Source of the DNA: Gammaproteobacteria bacterium
Lineage (GTDB): Bacteria > Pseudomonadota > Gammaproteobacteria > UBA4575
Length of the DNA: 57,587 bases
NCBI GenBank assembly: GCA_045105815.1
Contig: JBGCDX010000001.1
Coordinates: 1 to 57,587, forward strand
Reading direction: 5' to 3'
Part shown: positions 9,402 to 20,792 of the stretch, in pieces
How the letters are laid out: each line of letters starts with the position of its first letter
Numbering within the stretch: the first letter of the stretch is position 1
Notes under the pieces: generated by a model
Seen by the model: the letters and a program-made list of their open reading frames with translations, nothing else
Databases searched by the model: none
Told to the model about the DNA's origin: nothing
Position numbers and translations under genes: made by a program

Positions 9402-11105
9402 TTAGGATGCTTTTTGATGAAGTAAGTGTTTGAATTCTTGCCGTTCATCTTCCGTTAGGCCGTCTGTGCTTTCTTTGTTAATGAGTTCTTGCACCCTTGA
9501 TGACTGGGTTTTGCGTTCTATCCAGGTCAGAGCATCTTTTAATGCTTTTTCGGGTTCGTCCAGCTCTGGTGGAGACCAAGACATAAGCTTCTGAATTTGC
9601 TGCTCTTCTGGTTGATCTCGAAACCGTTCTATTAGTGCTGCATGGCTTAATTCGGGTTCATTTTTCCAAATTCGTATGATTTGTGTGAGCAGTGGTACTC
9701 CTGATAGCTGGCAATCCTCTAAGTGTGATAATGATTCTATATCCAATGCTAGTGACGGCTGGTGAAGTAACGCAGCAACCGCTAAGCGCACTGGTGTAGC
9801 TTTGTTGTTTGTGGCTGTGTTGGAAATTTTTGGCCTCGCTTGATCTGCAACATAAGAAATAGGGATGCCCACCTTTTTTTCTAACTCTTCAAATATTAAT
9901 TTTTTAAATACGCCATTAGGAAATTTCTCTAATAATGGTTTTGCAATTTGAGCAAGCCTGGCTTTACCCGAGGGTATTCTTGTGTCGATATCTTCACTTA
10001 GCTTTAAAAATATAAAGCTAGAGATTGAATCACCATCATTTATATATTGTAAAAAAATCTCTTTGCCACGTGTACGTATCAAACTGTCAGGATCTTCTCC
10101 TTGAGGGAGGAATAGAAACTTTGCTTCAAGACCATCTTTAAATAGAGGAATGGTTTGTTGCGCGGCTCGCCAAGCGGCTTCTCTTCCAGCACGATCACCG
10201 TCAAAACAAAAGATAATTTCTTGTGTGCAGCGGTATAGCTGTTGAATGTGTTGGGATGTGGTTGCGGTGCCAAGTGTAGCCACTACATTATCGATACCAT
10301 GTTGAGCCAGTGCAACCACATCCATATACCCTTCAACAACAATAAGTGATTTAGATGCGAGTTTAGACTTTCGTGCTTCATATAGACCATAAAGTGCGTC
10401 ACTTTTATGGAATACAGGTGTTTCAGGTGAGTTTAAGTATTTTGGAACTGCATCATCTAATACTCTTCCGCCAAATCCTATTACACGGCCACGACGATCT
10501 TTGATTGGAAAAACAATGCGATTACGAAAGCGGTCATATAAGTTACCTTTGTCATTCTTCTTGACTAAACCTATTTCAATTAGCTTTTCTTCTGTGGTTA
10601 TTGCATTAAATTGTTTTAGAAAATTATCAAACCCATCAGCGGCGAAGCCTAAATCATATTTGGCAGCAATTTCGCCACTTACGCCACGTTGTTTTAAATA
10701 ATGAACCGCATGTTTTTGGTGACGTAAATTTTGCTGAAAATAAGTATTGGCTTGTTCTAGTAGGGTATATAAAGCTTGGTGGTCTTTTTTTACAAAGGTA
10801 GTGTCGTCTTTAGGGATTTCTAGGCCATGCTGTTGTGCGAGCACTTCAACCGCTTCGATGAAATCAAGGCGCTCATACTCCATTAGGAACCCTAACGCAG
10901 TGCCATGTGCCCCACAACCAAAACAATGGTAAAACTGTTTCTCTGCACTAACAGTAAATGATGCCGTTTTTTCATTATGAAATGGGCAACATGCAGCAAA
11001 TTCTTTACCCTTCTTTTTTAAAGGTACGTGACTATCAATAAGCTCAACGATATCCGTGCGGGTTACAACTTCATCAATAAAGGATTGTGGAATGCGTGAA
11101 GACAT
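9402..11105 (-). CDS. dnaG: DNA primase
   Basis: CPFHNEKT...CFGC zinc finger, KYLNSPET, EGYMD and FDGD Toprim motifs. Confidence 0.98.
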   Translation of the reverse strand: MSSRIPQSFIDEVVTRTDIVELIDSHVPLKKKGKEFAACCPFHNEKTASFTVSAEKQFYHCFGCGAHGTALGFLMEYERLDFIEAVEVLAQQHGLEIPKDDTTFVKKDHQALYTLLEQANTYFQQNLRHQKHAVHYLKQRGVSGEIAAKYDLGFAADGFDNFLKQFNAITTEEKLIEIGLVKKNDKGNLYDRFRNRIVFPIKDRRGRVIGFGGRVLDDAVPKYLNSPETPVFHKSDALYGLYEARKSKLASKSLIVVEGYMDVVALAQHGIDNVVATLGTATTSQHIQQLYRCTQEIIFCFDGDRAGREAAWRAAQQTIPLFKDGLEAKFLFLPQGEDPDSLIRTRGKEIFLQYINDGDSISSFIFLKLSEDIDTRIPSGKARLAQIAKPLLEKFPNGVFKKLIFEELEKKVGIPISYVADQARPKISNTATNNKATPVRLAVAALLHQPSLALDIESLSHLEDCQLSGVPLLTQIIRIWKNEPELSHAALIERFRDQPEEQQIQKLMSWSPPELDEPEKALKDALTWIERKTQSSRVQELINKESTDGLTEDERQEFKHLLHQKAS

Positions 11106-11164
11106 TATTGATTAGATTTTATGTATTTTTTAAACTTAAGATGGTGTGCTTATCGTACCAAATC

Positions 11165-11195
11165 TAAAATGGCTATGGAGGCGCATAGAACCATT
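11165..11195 (-). terminator. Putative terminator ending the aroK-aroB-dgt-damX transcript before dnaG
   Basis: Minus strand AATGG(tt)CTATG-cgcctc-CATAG-CCATT running into TTTT. Confidence 0.45.
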
Positions 11196-11293
11196 ACTTT
11201 TATATGGGTAATGCAAGTGTTTATTCTTGAATTAGTAAAACTATAAGTAATTTAGGTTATTTAATCTAAAATTTTTAATCAATAGTAGATGTT

Positions 11294-12826
11294 TTATTGA
11301 TTGATAACTTCCTGCAAATATTTGATTTGCACTGGGTAGGGAGTGTTTTTCTTCAATGAGTCTGAAAGTGTTTCAATGCCAGATATAGCTTTCTCGCGAG
11401 AGCTATAAACTCCATGAACTAGCACAAACCAACTCTTGTCTGATGATGTTTTCTTATAGTATGCCGTGTTTTCATTTAAAGAATTTTTCTTAACAAAATC
11501 CAACAAGTTTTTTTCATTAGGTGATGCTACTACTTGGATTGTGTAGGCATTAGGGTTTTGTTTTAAAATCCAATCTGATGTATTTAGTGCAGGAGCATCA
11601 GTTAAATTAATAGGCTTGTTTTCAGTTGATGAAGTTTGCGTGTTTTTAACTTTTTCAATTATTTCGTCTTGCTTTTCTTTTCTTACTTCATTTTTTTGAT
11701 TGTTATCTAGAAGTGGGCCAAGTACCAAGGGAGCTACATATGGTTTATTGATGGGTGATCTTTGCTTTTCAATTATAGTAATATTCTTATCATCAGCTTT
11801 GATCTTGGGTTTTTTGACAGATTCTGGTATTGCAGAGCTTGGTTGGTCAGCTTTGGCTAGATCTTTTTCTGTCTTAGGTTGATGCAGGTCTAGAGGTAGA
11901 GATTCATCAGTGTTATCAGACTTGTTAGAGAGCGCTGCAAATAAAACTGCAAGCCCGACTAAGCCTGCAAGAATTAAACCAAGACGTGTTGCTGGACTTG
12001 ATTTGAGTTTGTGAGCTGTTTCAATAGGCGAAACATTTTCGTCACACAATTTAGAAATATTTTCTCGTGCTAATTTGTTAACTAACTTAGGTAAACCCTT
12101 TGATTGCGAATATATCTCCTTTATTTTATCGCTATTTAATATAGCATCATGATTTGAGCCTGCCTTATCAATACGAAAACTTATGTATTCTGTGCATTGT
12201 TTTTCATCGAGTGGGCGGATATTTATTTGATAAATTTGAGTAGCCGCAGCATTAATTTGTTCTAACTCAGATAGCTGGGTTTGTAATGCAGGTTCAGATG
12301 CTAGCACTAAGCCCAATGAACGTGATGATTGTAGCCCAACATGATGCTTAAGTTTTAGTAGTTCATCGAGTACGTTATTATGTAATCTATGAGCATCATC
12401 AATAATTAATACTGGTTGCTTGTTATCTTCAATATATTTTTTAACGTGCTCGCTTGTTGTTAAAGGCTCGTCACTTTCAGTATCTAAGTCACCTGCATCT
12501 TGATCACTGCTTTGTGATAAACGCCACCTTTCCTTAATTTTTTGTTCTATCTCCGCGAATGTTGTTTTAGGTTTTGCACGTAATGTGCAGAAGTTAAATT
12601 GCTGATAGCCTTTACGGAGCAGCATGCGTAGATGAGTGGTTTTCCCGATGCCTACTTCACCTAGTAAAACAATTGTTGAGTTTTGATTGAGTAAATAATC
12701 CATTAATACATTCATTGACATATCAAGTTGTTTGTCAGTGAATAGGAAGGGGTCCCTGGCATGATCAATAAATGGATTTTGATCAAGGCCTAGTTTCTCA
12801 AGGCATTCGATTGATATGAAGTCCAT
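11294..12826 (-). CDS. DamX-like protein: ExeA-type AAA domain, TM segment and C-terminal SPOR domain
   Basis: Walker A GEVGIGKT, Walker B IIDDAH, one TM helix, SPOR-like YTIQVVA...WFVLVHGVY. Start placed at MDFIS to avoid overlapping dgt. Confidence 0.8.
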   Translation of the reverse strand: MDFISIECLEKLGLDQNPFIDHARDPFLFTDKQLDMSMNVLMDYLLNQNSTIVLLGEVGIGKTTHLRMLLRKGYQQFNFCTLRAKPKTTFAEIEQKIKERWRLSQSSDQDAGDLDTESDEPLTTSEHVKKYIEDNKQPVLIIDDAHRLHNNVLDELLKLKHHVGLQSSRSLGLVLASEPALQTQLSELEQINAAATQIYQINIRPLDEKQCTEYISFRIDKAGSNHDAILNSDKIKEIYSQSKGLPKLVNKLARENISKLCDENVSPIETAHKLKSSPATRLGLILAGLVGLAVLFAALSNKSDNTDESLPLDLHQPKTEKDLAKADQPSSAIPESVKKPKIKADDKNITIIEKQRSPINKPYVAPLVLGPLLDNNQKNEVRKEKQDEIIEKVKNTQTSSTENKPINLTDAPALNTSDWILKQNPNAYTIQVVASPNEKNLLDFVKKNSLNENTAYYKKTSSDKSWFVLVHGVYSSREKAISGIETLSDSLKKNTPYPVQIKYLQEVINQ

Positions 12827-12863
12827 ACCTAGGTTTTCAATAGCTTTAGAATCGTAAGCTTTT

Positions 12864-14054
12864 TCAGATGATTTTTGCATTAAATATACGCTCGTGTTCT
12901 GCGATGGCATAACGATCTGTCATGCCTGCAATATAATCTGCAACAATGCGAGCTCTACCTTTGTCACCTTTTTGAATTTGCATGTTTGTTGCAGATTCTT
13001 GATATTCGCTAGGCATTAGCTTGATGTCATTATAAAAGGACATATATAAATCTAAAATTATTTTTTTTGCTTTTTGGCTCATACGATGAACTTTATAATG
13101 TTGGTATAAATTTTTATTTAAAAATGATTTTAGTTCTGCATTTTTTGAGTACATAGCTTCACTAAATCGAATTGTTGACTTAGTTTCTGCTCGTACATCT
13201 TGAATAGTAGTCAGTTTCAGGCTTTTTAAAGTATCCGCACTTTGAGTTATCAAGTCAGTTACTAATTCATTTATTATACTGCGAATAGACTCATATATTT
13301 TACGTCTCTCACTTAGATGAGGGTAAGCTGAGTCAACTTTTGTAAAATTTTTGTCAAATAATTCCACTTCAGAAAGTTGCCGTACATTAATTAGACCCGC
13401 GCGTAAGCCGTCATCTAAGTCATGGTTATTATAAGCTATCTGATCTGCAATATTGGCTAATTGTGCTTCTAGGCTGGGCTGTCCTCTATTTATAAAACGC
13501 AGACCCAATTCGCCTAATTTTTCAGCATTTTTGCGAGAACAATGCTTGAGAATTCCTTCTCTGGTTTCAAATGTTAGGTTTAAGCCAGAAAATTTTGGGT
13601 ACTTCAATTCCAACTCGTCGACGATGCGTAAAGATTGCAGGTTATGTTCAAACCCCCCATGATCACGCATGCAATCATTTAGTGCATCTTGCCCAGCATG
13701 ACCAAAAGGTGTGTGTCCTAAGTCATGCGCCAAGGAAATGGCTTCACACAAATCCTCATTAAGCTTTAGTGCGCGTGCGATGGCACGTGCAATTTGTGCA
13801 ACTTCTATGGAATGGGTTAAGCGAGTGCGGAAGAGGTCGCCCTCATGATTTACAAAAACCTGGGTCTTGTATTCTAATCTTCTAAAAGCTGCGCTATGGA
13901 TAATGCGTTCTCTATCACGCTGATACATGGAGCGGTATTTTGCATTTTTTTCTGGATATTGCCTGCCGCTGCTTTGATCTTCATGCGCTGCATAGGTCGC
14001 TAAGCTCTCATTATTACCGCTAACTTGATCTTGGCTGGTAGTGCTGGTATTCAT
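12864..14054 (-). CDS. dgt: Deoxyguanosinetriphosphate triphosphohydrolase
   Basis: RDRERIIHS, KTQVF, RTRLTHS and HDLGHTPFGHAG HD-domain motifs. Confidence 0.95.
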   Translation of the reverse strand: MNTSTTSQDQVSGNNESLATYAAHEDQSSGRQYPEKNAKYRSMYQRDRERIIHSAAFRRLEYKTQVFVNHEGDLFRTRLTHSIEVAQIARAIARALKLNEDLCEAISLAHDLGHTPFGHAGQDALNDCMRDHGGFEHNLQSLRIVDELELKYPKFSGLNLTFETREGILKHCSRKNAEKLGELGLRFINRGQPSLEAQLANIADQIAYNNHDLDDGLRAGLINVRQLSEVELFDKNFTKVDSAYPHLSERRKIYESIRSIINELVTDLITQSADTLKSLKLTTIQDVRAETKSTIRFSEAMYSKNAELKSFLNKNLYQHYKVHRMSQKAKKIILDLYMSFYNDIKLMPSEYQESATNMQIQKGDKGRARIVADYIAGMTDRYAIAEHERIFNAKII

Positions 14055-14057
14055 TTT

Positions 14058-15143
14058 TTATTCATTACAACATTCACGTAATGTTGCTTCTAGTAAAGAT
14101 GTATTAAAATCTGATGTTAAGACAGCTTCACCAATTTTATTTAGTAACACCAAATATAATTTTCCATCACGAACTTTTTTGTCTACTGACATGTGGCTAA
14201 AAAAATCATTAGCACTCATATTTTTAGGGGCTTGTATAGGCAAGTTTGCAGCTACTAATAAGCTTTCTATGCGCGAATAATCTTGTTGGGTTAGCCAACC
14301 CTGCTTGATTGATAAGTCTGCAGCCATTAACATTCCATATGCAACAGCTTCACCATGCAACCAATTACCATAGCCCATACCTGTTTCTATAGCATGGCCG
14401 AAAGTATGGCCAAAATTTAACAATGCCCGTTTTCCTGATTTTTCTAATTCATCCTCAGCTACTATTAATGCTTTATTTTCACAAGAACGATGCACAGCAA
14501 ATGCAAGCGCTTCGGCGTCTCGACCCACTAACTTTCGTATGTTTTTTTCCAACCACATAAAAAATTCTATGTCCCTTATCAGGCCATATTTAATAATCTC
14601 TGCTATGCCCGCGCTGAGTTCACGATCATCTAAAGTATTAAGCGTATTGAGATCTGCAATTACACATTGAGGCTGGTAAAAGCTGCCAATCATATTTTTC
14701 CCAAGTGCATGGTTTACACCTGTTTTACCACCCACTGATGAATCAACTTGTGCTAATAGTGTAGTTGGAACTTGTATGAAATTGACTCCACGCTGATAGG
14801 TCGCTGCTGCAAACCCTGCCATGTCTCCGACAACACCACCACCTAATGCAATTAATGTTGTATCACGGCTACAATGCTGTTCTAAAAGAGAGCTGTATAT
14901 CGTTTCTATAGTGCTAATGTTTTTATATTGCTCGCCATCGGGCAAAACTTTAATTTCACAATTTAATTTTTTACAGCTATCTAGTACTTGATCTAGGTAT
15001 AAAGGCGCAACTTTTTCGTTACTAATGATAAATACGTCATTGCTTGGAATGTGGTCAAGGAATAAATTTGACTGGGCGAGCAAGTTTTTGCCAATGTAAA
15101 TTGGGTAACTTCGATTGCCGAGTTGTACATCAAAGGTTTTCAT
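14058..15143 (-). CDS. aroB: 3-dehydroquinate synthase
   Basis: [35 protein letters not shown]. Confidence 0.98.
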   Translation of the reverse strand: MKTFDVQLGNRSYPIYIGKNLLAQSNLFLDHIPSNDVFIISNEKVAPLYLDQVLDSCKKLNCEIKVLPDGEQYKNISTIETIYSSLLEQHCSRDTTLIALGGGVVGDMAGFAAATYQRGVNFIQVPTTLLAQVDSSVGGKTGVNHALGKNMIGSFYQPQCVIADLNTLNTLDDRELSAGIAEIIKYGLIRDIEFFMWLEKNIRKLVGRDAEALAFAVHRSCENKALIVAEDELEKSGKRALLNFGHTFGHAIETGMGYGNWLHGEAVAYGMLMAADLSIKQGWLTQQDYSRIESLLVAANLPIQAPKNMSANDFFSHMSVDKKVRDGKLYLVLLNKIGEAVLTSDFNTSLLEATLRECCNE

Positions 15144-15164
15144 TTTTTAGCTATATTAATAAAA

Positions 15165-15683
15165 TTATTTTTGACTTTGTACCACTTTTATAATTTGATC
15201 AGCTGACCAGTTCACGGTATGTCTATCGGTGTTAATGGTGTGGTGCGCTACAGATTCATAAAGAGGTGTGCGTTGCCTTAGTATGTTAGTTATAGTTTCA
15301 CGTTTATTTGCTGTATTTAGCAATGGTCTAGAAGTCTCATTTTTTGATCTATTTAAAATTGATTCTATCGATGCTTTTAAGTAAAACACGATGCCTGAAT
15401 TTGCTAATAATTTTTGCGTATTAATTGAAAGAATAGATCCTCCGCCAGTAGCTAATACTATGGGTTTCAATTTACAGAGTTCTTTAAGTATATTTTCTTC
15501 ACGCTCACGAAAGCCTTGCTCACCTTCGTACTCAAAAATTGTAGCAATATCTACACCAGTTTTTTTTACAATCTCCTGGTCACTATCATAGAACTCTAGA
15601 TTTAGTTTTTTGGCTAAACGCTTGCCGACGGTAGACTTACCAACACCCATTGCACCAATAAGAATAATGTTTTGAGTTGCCAC
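15165..15683 (-). CDS. aroK: Shikimate kinase
   Basis: GAMGVGKST P-loop, GEQGFR, ATGGG, RPLL. Confidence 0.96.
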   Translation of the reverse strand: MATQNIILIGAMGVGKSTVGKRLAKKLNLEFYDSDQEIVKKTGVDIATIFEYEGEQGFREREENILKELCKLKPIVLATGGGSILSINTQKLLANSGIVFYLKASIESILNRSKNETSRPLLNTANKRETITNILRQRTPLYESVAHHTINTDRHTVNWSADQIIKVVQSQK

Positions 15684-15728
15684 CGTAGATTACGTTTAAG
15701 TTTAAAACTAAGAGTATAAACCAAAACG

Positions 15729-15759
15729 AAAAAACCCTCTCTATGTCTAGAGAGGGTTT
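15729..15759 (-). terminator. Intrinsic terminator after pilQ
   Basis: AAACCCTCTCTA-tgtc-TAGAGAGGGTTT; T-run on the minus strand. Confidence 0.85.
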
Positions 15760-15779
15760 ATAAGTGTAAATACTGTAAA

Positions 15780-18014
15780 TTAGCGAACTAGCTTTAATTG
15801 TTCGCTGATAATTTTTGGTGTGATGAATATTAATAGTTCTGACTTGTTGTCTGTAAATGAGCTATTTCTAAATAGTACACCTACAAAAGGTAGGTCAGCA
15901 AAGAAAGGTACACGGCTTACTGATTTGTTAGTGTCTTGTTGGTAAACACCACCTAGCACTATGGTTTGTCCATTATCAACCAATACATCGGTTTCAACTT
16001 CGTTAGTGTCAATGGATGGAATAGTGCCACCAAACCCTGATGGCACTAATGCGCCAATAGAATCATTGGTAACTAAGAGTTTCATGGATACTCGGTCATC
16101 AGGAGTTATCTGTGGCGTAACTTCAAGAGACAAAACTGCTTTCTTAAATTCTACATCTGTAGCACCACTTGACGTGGCGGATTGAAATGGGATTTCAGTA
16201 CCTTGTTCTATACGCGCAGTAGTTTGATTGGAGGCGATTACCCGTGGTGTAGATATCACTTCAGCACGACTTTCTGCCTGTGCTGCAGAAAGCTCTAAAT
16301 CAAGCAAGAGGCCCAATGGCAGTTTAGCTAGAGCCAAGCCTATACTTCCGGTTGCAGCAGCAGCTGGTAAGTCAACATTTAATCTATTGGCTAAGGGGAT
16401 AGTGGCGCCATTAAGCGCAGCATCTGTACCTTCAAGATTTCGAGCTATAGCGTCAAAGTCATCATCGCTGCCGCCTGTATTAGTATCTCGGTTAGACACT
16501 CCGAAACGCACACCTAATGCTTTGCTGAAATCATCATTAGCGACCACTATTCGTGATTCAATTAATACTTGCTTAACAGGAACATCTAGTCTTTCAACTA
16601 GGCGTCGAATTTCGTCTAACTTAAGCGTAGTGTCTTGAACTAATAAATTATTGGTACGCTCATCGACGGTGACGTTGCCACGCTCTGATAGCAATGAGTT
16701 ATCTGAAGATTTTAATAATGCTGCGAGGTCACCTGCTCTAGCATAATTGACCTGAATAAATTCAGATCGTAATGGAGCAAGCTCTTGCACTTGTTGCTGG
16801 GCTTCTAGTTCTAGTTTCTCACGCGCTGCTATTTCTTCACTTGGCGCGACATAAATTACATTACCATTTTCACGCTTACCTAAGCCTTTGGTTTTTAGAA
16901 TAATATCTAAAGCCTGGTCCCATGGAACATTCTTTAATCGCAGTGTTAAATTACCAGCAACGGCATCGCTCACAACCATATTTAAATTAGTAAAGTCAGC
17001 GATCAGTTGTAAAACTGAGCGTACCTCGATGTCTTGAAAGTTTAATGAAAGTCGCTCACCTTCAAACACGTCTTTTTTGCGTTGTTCTACAATTTCCTCA
17101 GGAATTTCTCTTACTTCAACTACATATTGATTGTCAGATTGATAAGCGAGATGTTCAAACTCTTTACTAGTATCAGGAGAAATTATCATTTTAGCGTTTG
17201 ATCCATCAGAGAAGGTTTCAAACAACTTCACTGGCGTAGAAAAATCAACTACATCCCATCGTTTGCTTAAATTACTTGGGAGAGAGGTATTGCTAAAATC
17301 AACAATAACTCGGCCGCCTTGCTCGCTCAAACTAATAGGAATATTTGCATTTGAAAGGCTAATTACTATGCGTGCAGCACCATCATCGCCTCTTCTGAAG
17401 TCGACGTTGTTTATATTATTTCCACTTGTAATGTTTGATGTATAGGTTGGAGTAATCGCAACGTTTTCTACTTTTGATGAAGAAGCAACGGTGTTAGTGC
17501 TAGAGCTTGAGCCTATCGTTAGTATGTAATTATTGCCAGACACACTAGATTTGTATTCTTCCATGCGGCTTAGATTTACAACTACTCTTGTGCGCCCTTT
17601 AGCCTCAGCAGCATTTACACTTTGCGCTATGCCTATACCTATATTTTGGAAACGACTCGCTAGCGCACTGTTTGTGCCTGGGAAATCTAGCGCTATGCGT
17701 GCAGGATTATCAATTGTGAAAGCAAGTGGTTCTGTTGGTGGATTAGCAAACTGAAGGGATAACTGAATTTCATCATTTGGTAAACTGGCTACTTTAATAT
17801 CTTGTAGTTCATTTTGAGCAAATGACGTCATCGCTATTAAGAAAAGAAATAATGTTGTAATTCCTTTTGCTAAGGTCGTTCTGATATTGGTTCTATTAAT
17901 TAACATTTTGGCTCTGTAATGACTATGTGGGTTAGATGATGATTCATTCATGGCGTAATGCCCCTTAGTATTTATGCTTTCCCTAATAAAAAATTTGTTG
18001 GTGTTCGCTTGCAT
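15780..18014 (-). CDS. pilQ: Type IV pilus secretin PilQ (true start probably 17951 or 17906)
   Basis: AMIN domains, LSLNFQDIEVR, VPWDQALD, secretin C-terminus ELLIFITPKI. Confidence 0.97.
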   Translation of the reverse strand: MQANTNKFFIRESINTKGHYAMNESSSNPHSHYRAKMLINRTNIRTTLAKGITTLFLFLIAMTSFAQNELQDIKVASLPNDEIQLSLQFANPPTEPLAFTIDNPARIALDFPGTNSALASRFQNIGIGIAQSVNAAEAKGRTRVVVNLSRMEEYKSSVSGNNYILTIGSSSSTNTVASSSKVENVAITPTYTSNITSGNNINNVDFRRGDDGAARIVISLSNANIPISLSEQGGRVIVDFSNTSLPSNLSKRWDVVDFSTPVKLFETFSDGSNAKMIISPDTSKEFEHLAYQSDNQYVVEVREIPEEIVEQRKKDVFEGERLSLNFQDIEVRSVLQLIADFTNLNMVVSDAVAGNLTLRLKNVPWDQALDIILKTKGLGKRENGNVIYVAPSEEIAAREKLELEAQQQVQELAPLRSEFIQVNYARAGDLAALLKSSDNSLLSERGNVTVDERTNNLLVQDTTLKLDEIRRLVERLDVPVKQVLIESRIVVANDDFSKALGVRFGVSNRDTNTGGSDDDFDAIARNLEGTDAALNGATIPLANRLNVDLPAAAATGSIGLALAKLPLGLLLDLELSAAQAESRAEVISTPRVIASNQTTARIEQGTEIPFQSATSSGATDVEFKKAVLSLEVTPQITPDDRVSMKLLVTNDSIGALVPSGFGGTIPSIDTNEVETDVLVDNGQTIVLGGVYQQDTNKSVSRVPFFADLPFVGVLFRNSSFTDNKSELLIFITPKIISEQLKLVR

Positions 18015-18021
18015 TAATTTA

Positions 18022-18576
18022 TTATTCGCTTAATGCAATATTGCCGTCACGTTTGCGCCAACCACCAAATCCATCTGGAATAATTTCTTCAAGTTTAATG
18101 CCAGCATCAGACACGCCTAGCACCTTTCCATTATTCTGGCCTAAGTAATTTCCCGCGGAAATCCGTTGAATGGTTTTTTCAGGTGTTTGTACCAAGGCCC
18201 AAAGCGTGCCTTGTTGCTCCAGCGTGCCAACCATGCGCAACGTATCTAGAGGAAAATTCTCTAAAAACTCAGGAGTACGGTTGGGGTCAGGCGAGATCCC
18301 TGAGCCTGTCTTTTTTCTTATGTTTTGCACAATTTTGGTTTGAAAAATGGTCGCATCAAAAGGGTTGCGTGCATTATTTGCTTGGTATTTAAAGCTTTGG
18401 TATGGCTTTACTTCAGGTATAGGGTCAATTCCTGGCGGCTCACGAGATTTTACCTGTTCCGCGTAATCTTCTAGATCACGCATTTCTCTTCCACAACCCG
18501 GTAATATCATGGTGACTGAGATTGTAAATAAAGCCCAAAAAATTGGGTTTTTAAATGATGCGATTAACCTACTCAT
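18022..18576 (-). CDS. pilP: Type IV pilus lipoprotein PilP
   Basis: Lipobox LPGC, LENFPLDTLRMVG, GNYLGQNNG; operon position. Confidence 0.93.
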   Translation of the reverse strand: MSRLIASFKNPIFWALFTISVTMILPGCGREMRDLEDYAEQVKSREPPGIDPIPEVKPYQSFKYQANNARNPFDATIFQTKIVQNIRKKTGSGISPDPNRTPEFLENFPLDTLRMVGTLEQQGTLWALVQTPEKTIQRISAGNYLGQNNGKVLGVSDAGIKLEEIIPDGFGGWRKRDGNIALSE

Positions 18577-19163
18577 TCCTCATCCTCATCAAGGTAACGA
18601 TAGGTTTTTGCAGTAGCCGTCATCGTCATTTCTTTGCTTTTATCACCACTTGGGCTGAGGGAGATATTATGTAGCGTTACAATTCGAGGAAGCGCTGCAA
18701 TTTCGCTCGCAAACGCACCAAACTGATGATAGTCCCCTTTAACTCTTAAGCTAATAGGCTTTTCTGCATAAAATTCTCTGCGAGATTCAGGATTTGGTTT
18801 GAACAGCTCGATCTCTAATCCGCTGGCCAACCCTGTCTGTGAAATATCAACAATAAGCGCAGGAATTTCTGTTTTGCTAGGCAATTGGCGTAATAAGGTA
18901 CCAAAAGTACGGCGCATTTCTTCCAATTGGACTTTATATAATTCTAGATTGGCAGCTTTTTCAGCTTTATTTTCAAAAGTACTTCTAAGCTCAACCTCTT
19001 GGGCCTGTACTCTTTTTAAACTCTCTAATTGGTTTTTATGGTGCAGCCAATAGCCAGCAAATAGTATGGCAATACAGACGAGTCCAATTAACAATACTTT
19101 CACCCATAGAGGTGATGTACCAATATTATTGAAATTTACATTTTGTAGTTCAGCGAAGTCCAT
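18573..19163 (-). CDS. pilO: Type IV pilus protein PilO
   Basis: LRQLPSKTEIP, EFYAEKPI, LPRIVTL. Confidence 0.95.
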   Translation of the reverse strand: MDFAELQNVNFNNIGTSPLWVKVLLIGLVCIAILFAGYWLHHKNQLESLKRVQAQEVELRSTFENKAEKAANLELYKVQLEEMRRTFGTLLRQLPSKTEIPALIVDISQTGLASGLEIELFKPNPESRREFYAEKPISLRVKGDYHQFGAFASEIAALPRIVTLHNISLSPSGDKSKEMTMTATAKTYRYLDEDEE

Positions 19164-19166
19164 AGT

Positions 19167-19730
19167 TTAGTTTTCTTGTTCTTCGATATTTGGATTCACC
19201 TGTTGTGCAGTTAAACTAAAGCTGCTGATTCTGGTGAGTGCAGTGTCTCTTGTCTCAATTACACCTAAACTTGGACTGGCTAGCCATTCAGAGTCTTCAA
19301 TTTTGCGCATATATGATGAAACTCTCGCATTAGACTCAGCTTGCCCTGATAGTTGTAGATTGTTTTCTGACTGTTTTAGGCTAGAAAGATGTACGCCTTC
19401 GGGCAACGTTTTTACCAACTCATCAAATAGATGTACCACACCTGGACGAGCAGCTTGTAAGTTCTGGATAACATCCATGCGCTCAATTAACGCTTGTCGA
19501 GTAGAGTCTAATTTTTTAATTTCTGCAATTTTCCCATCTAAGACTTTTATTTCATTGGTTATAAACTGATTACGATTGTCTTGATGGCTGATTCTGCCAT
19601 TGATCTCAAAATGTGTAAGTAACACCACTAATCCACATAATGCTGCAGCCATAGCCATTAAAGTAAAAAACTCTTTCTGTTGTTCACTCCTACGTGTTTC
19701 GCGCCAGGGTAATAAATTGATTCTAGCCAT
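19167..19730 (-). CDS. pilN: Type IV pilus protein PilN
   Basis: N-terminal INLLPWR motif. Confidence 0.95.
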   Translation of the reverse strand: MARINLLPWRETRRSEQQKEFFTLMAMAAALCGLVVLLTHFEINGRISHQDNRNQFITNEIKVLDGKIAEIKKLDSTRQALIERMDVIQNLQAARPGVVHLFDELVKTLPEGVHLSSLKQSENNLQLSGQAESNARVSSYMRKIEDSEWLASPSLGVIETRDTALTRISSFSLTAQQVNPNIEEQEN

Positions 19731-20792
19731 TTAGTCGAAAGCCCTTAGTGCAAGGCCACAAGCTATTAACATAGACGGTGCGTCAGTACCTAGAGCTTGC
19801 GGGTTAATCTTGGAGCCTAATGAAAGGTGGCTGAATGGGTTAGCAATTGTAGTTTGAATGCCTGTTTCGTTAGCAATACGCTCGTCTAAACCAGGTATCG
19901 CAGCGCAACCACCTGCTAATAATATATGGTCAACCGTTACGTTCTGGCTAGCGGAGTAATAAAACTGCAAAAAACGGTTAGCTTGTTGAGCGGCTGTATT
20001 TTTAAATGGTTCTAATAGGTCCGATACATAATTTTCTGGTAATCCGCCTTCTTTCTTGGCTAGACCCGCTTCTTCATACGTTAGACCATACTGATGCATG
20101 ATTTCTTCAGTTAACTGCTTGCCGCCAAATGGCTGTTCGCGTGTATAGACCATTTTATGGTCATCAAGTACATTCAGGCTGGTCATCGTGGCGCCAATGT
20201 CCAGAATAGCGACTGTTTTGTCGCGCCCTCTACCATCCACCGTTTCCGTTAGTATTGGGAATACATTCTCAATCGCATAAGCTTCTACATCAATTACAAT
20301 GGGTGTAAGTCCAGCAGCTTCGGCAGCTGCAACGCGCATATCTACATTTTCGCTACGTGAAGCTGCAAGTAATACGTCTATAGTTTCTGGGTTTTCTTCA
20401 GTAGGCCCTAAAATATCAAAATCTAAATTTACTTCTTCAAGTGCATAAGGAATGTACTGATCAGCTTCTAATTGGATTTGGCCTTCTAGATCTTCTTCGC
20501 TAAGATTAGCCGGCATGGTAATGACTTTAGTAATGACGGCTGAACCTGCTACGGCTAGGCAGCAGTTTTTTGCTTTGGAACTAGACTTCTTCATAACTTG
20601 TCTAATGCTTTCGCCAACCGCATCAATATCCGAAATTACTTTTTCGGTTACGGCATTTGATGGAAGCGGCTCAACCCCATAATGGTCAACTCGATATCCA
20701 TTGCTGGTTTGCGAGAACTCCATCGCCTTCACGGAAGAAGAGCTAATATCTAAGCCGACGACTGGGCCTTTGTTTTTATTGAAAAATAACAC
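19731..20792 (-). CDS. pilM: Type IV pilus assembly protein PilM
   Basis: Actin-like VGLDISSSSVK, DIGATMT, ACGLALR. Confidence 0.96.
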   Translation of the reverse strand: MLFFNKNKGPVVGLDISSSSVKAMEFSQTSNGYRVDHYGVEPLPSNAVTEKVISDIDAVGESIRQVMKKSSSKAKNCCLAVAGSAVITKVITMPANLSEEDLEGQIQLEADQYIPYALEEVNLDFDILGPTEENPETIDVLLAASRSENVDMRVAAAEAAGLTPIVIDVEAYAIENVFPILTETVDGRGRDKTVAILDIGATMTSLNVLDDHKMVYTREQPFGGKQLTEEIMHQYGLTYEEAGLAKKEGGLPENYVSDLLEPFKNTAAQQANRFLQFYYSASQNVTVDHILLAGGCAAIPGLDERIANETGIQTTIANPFSHLSLGSKINPQALGTDAPSMLIACGLALRAFD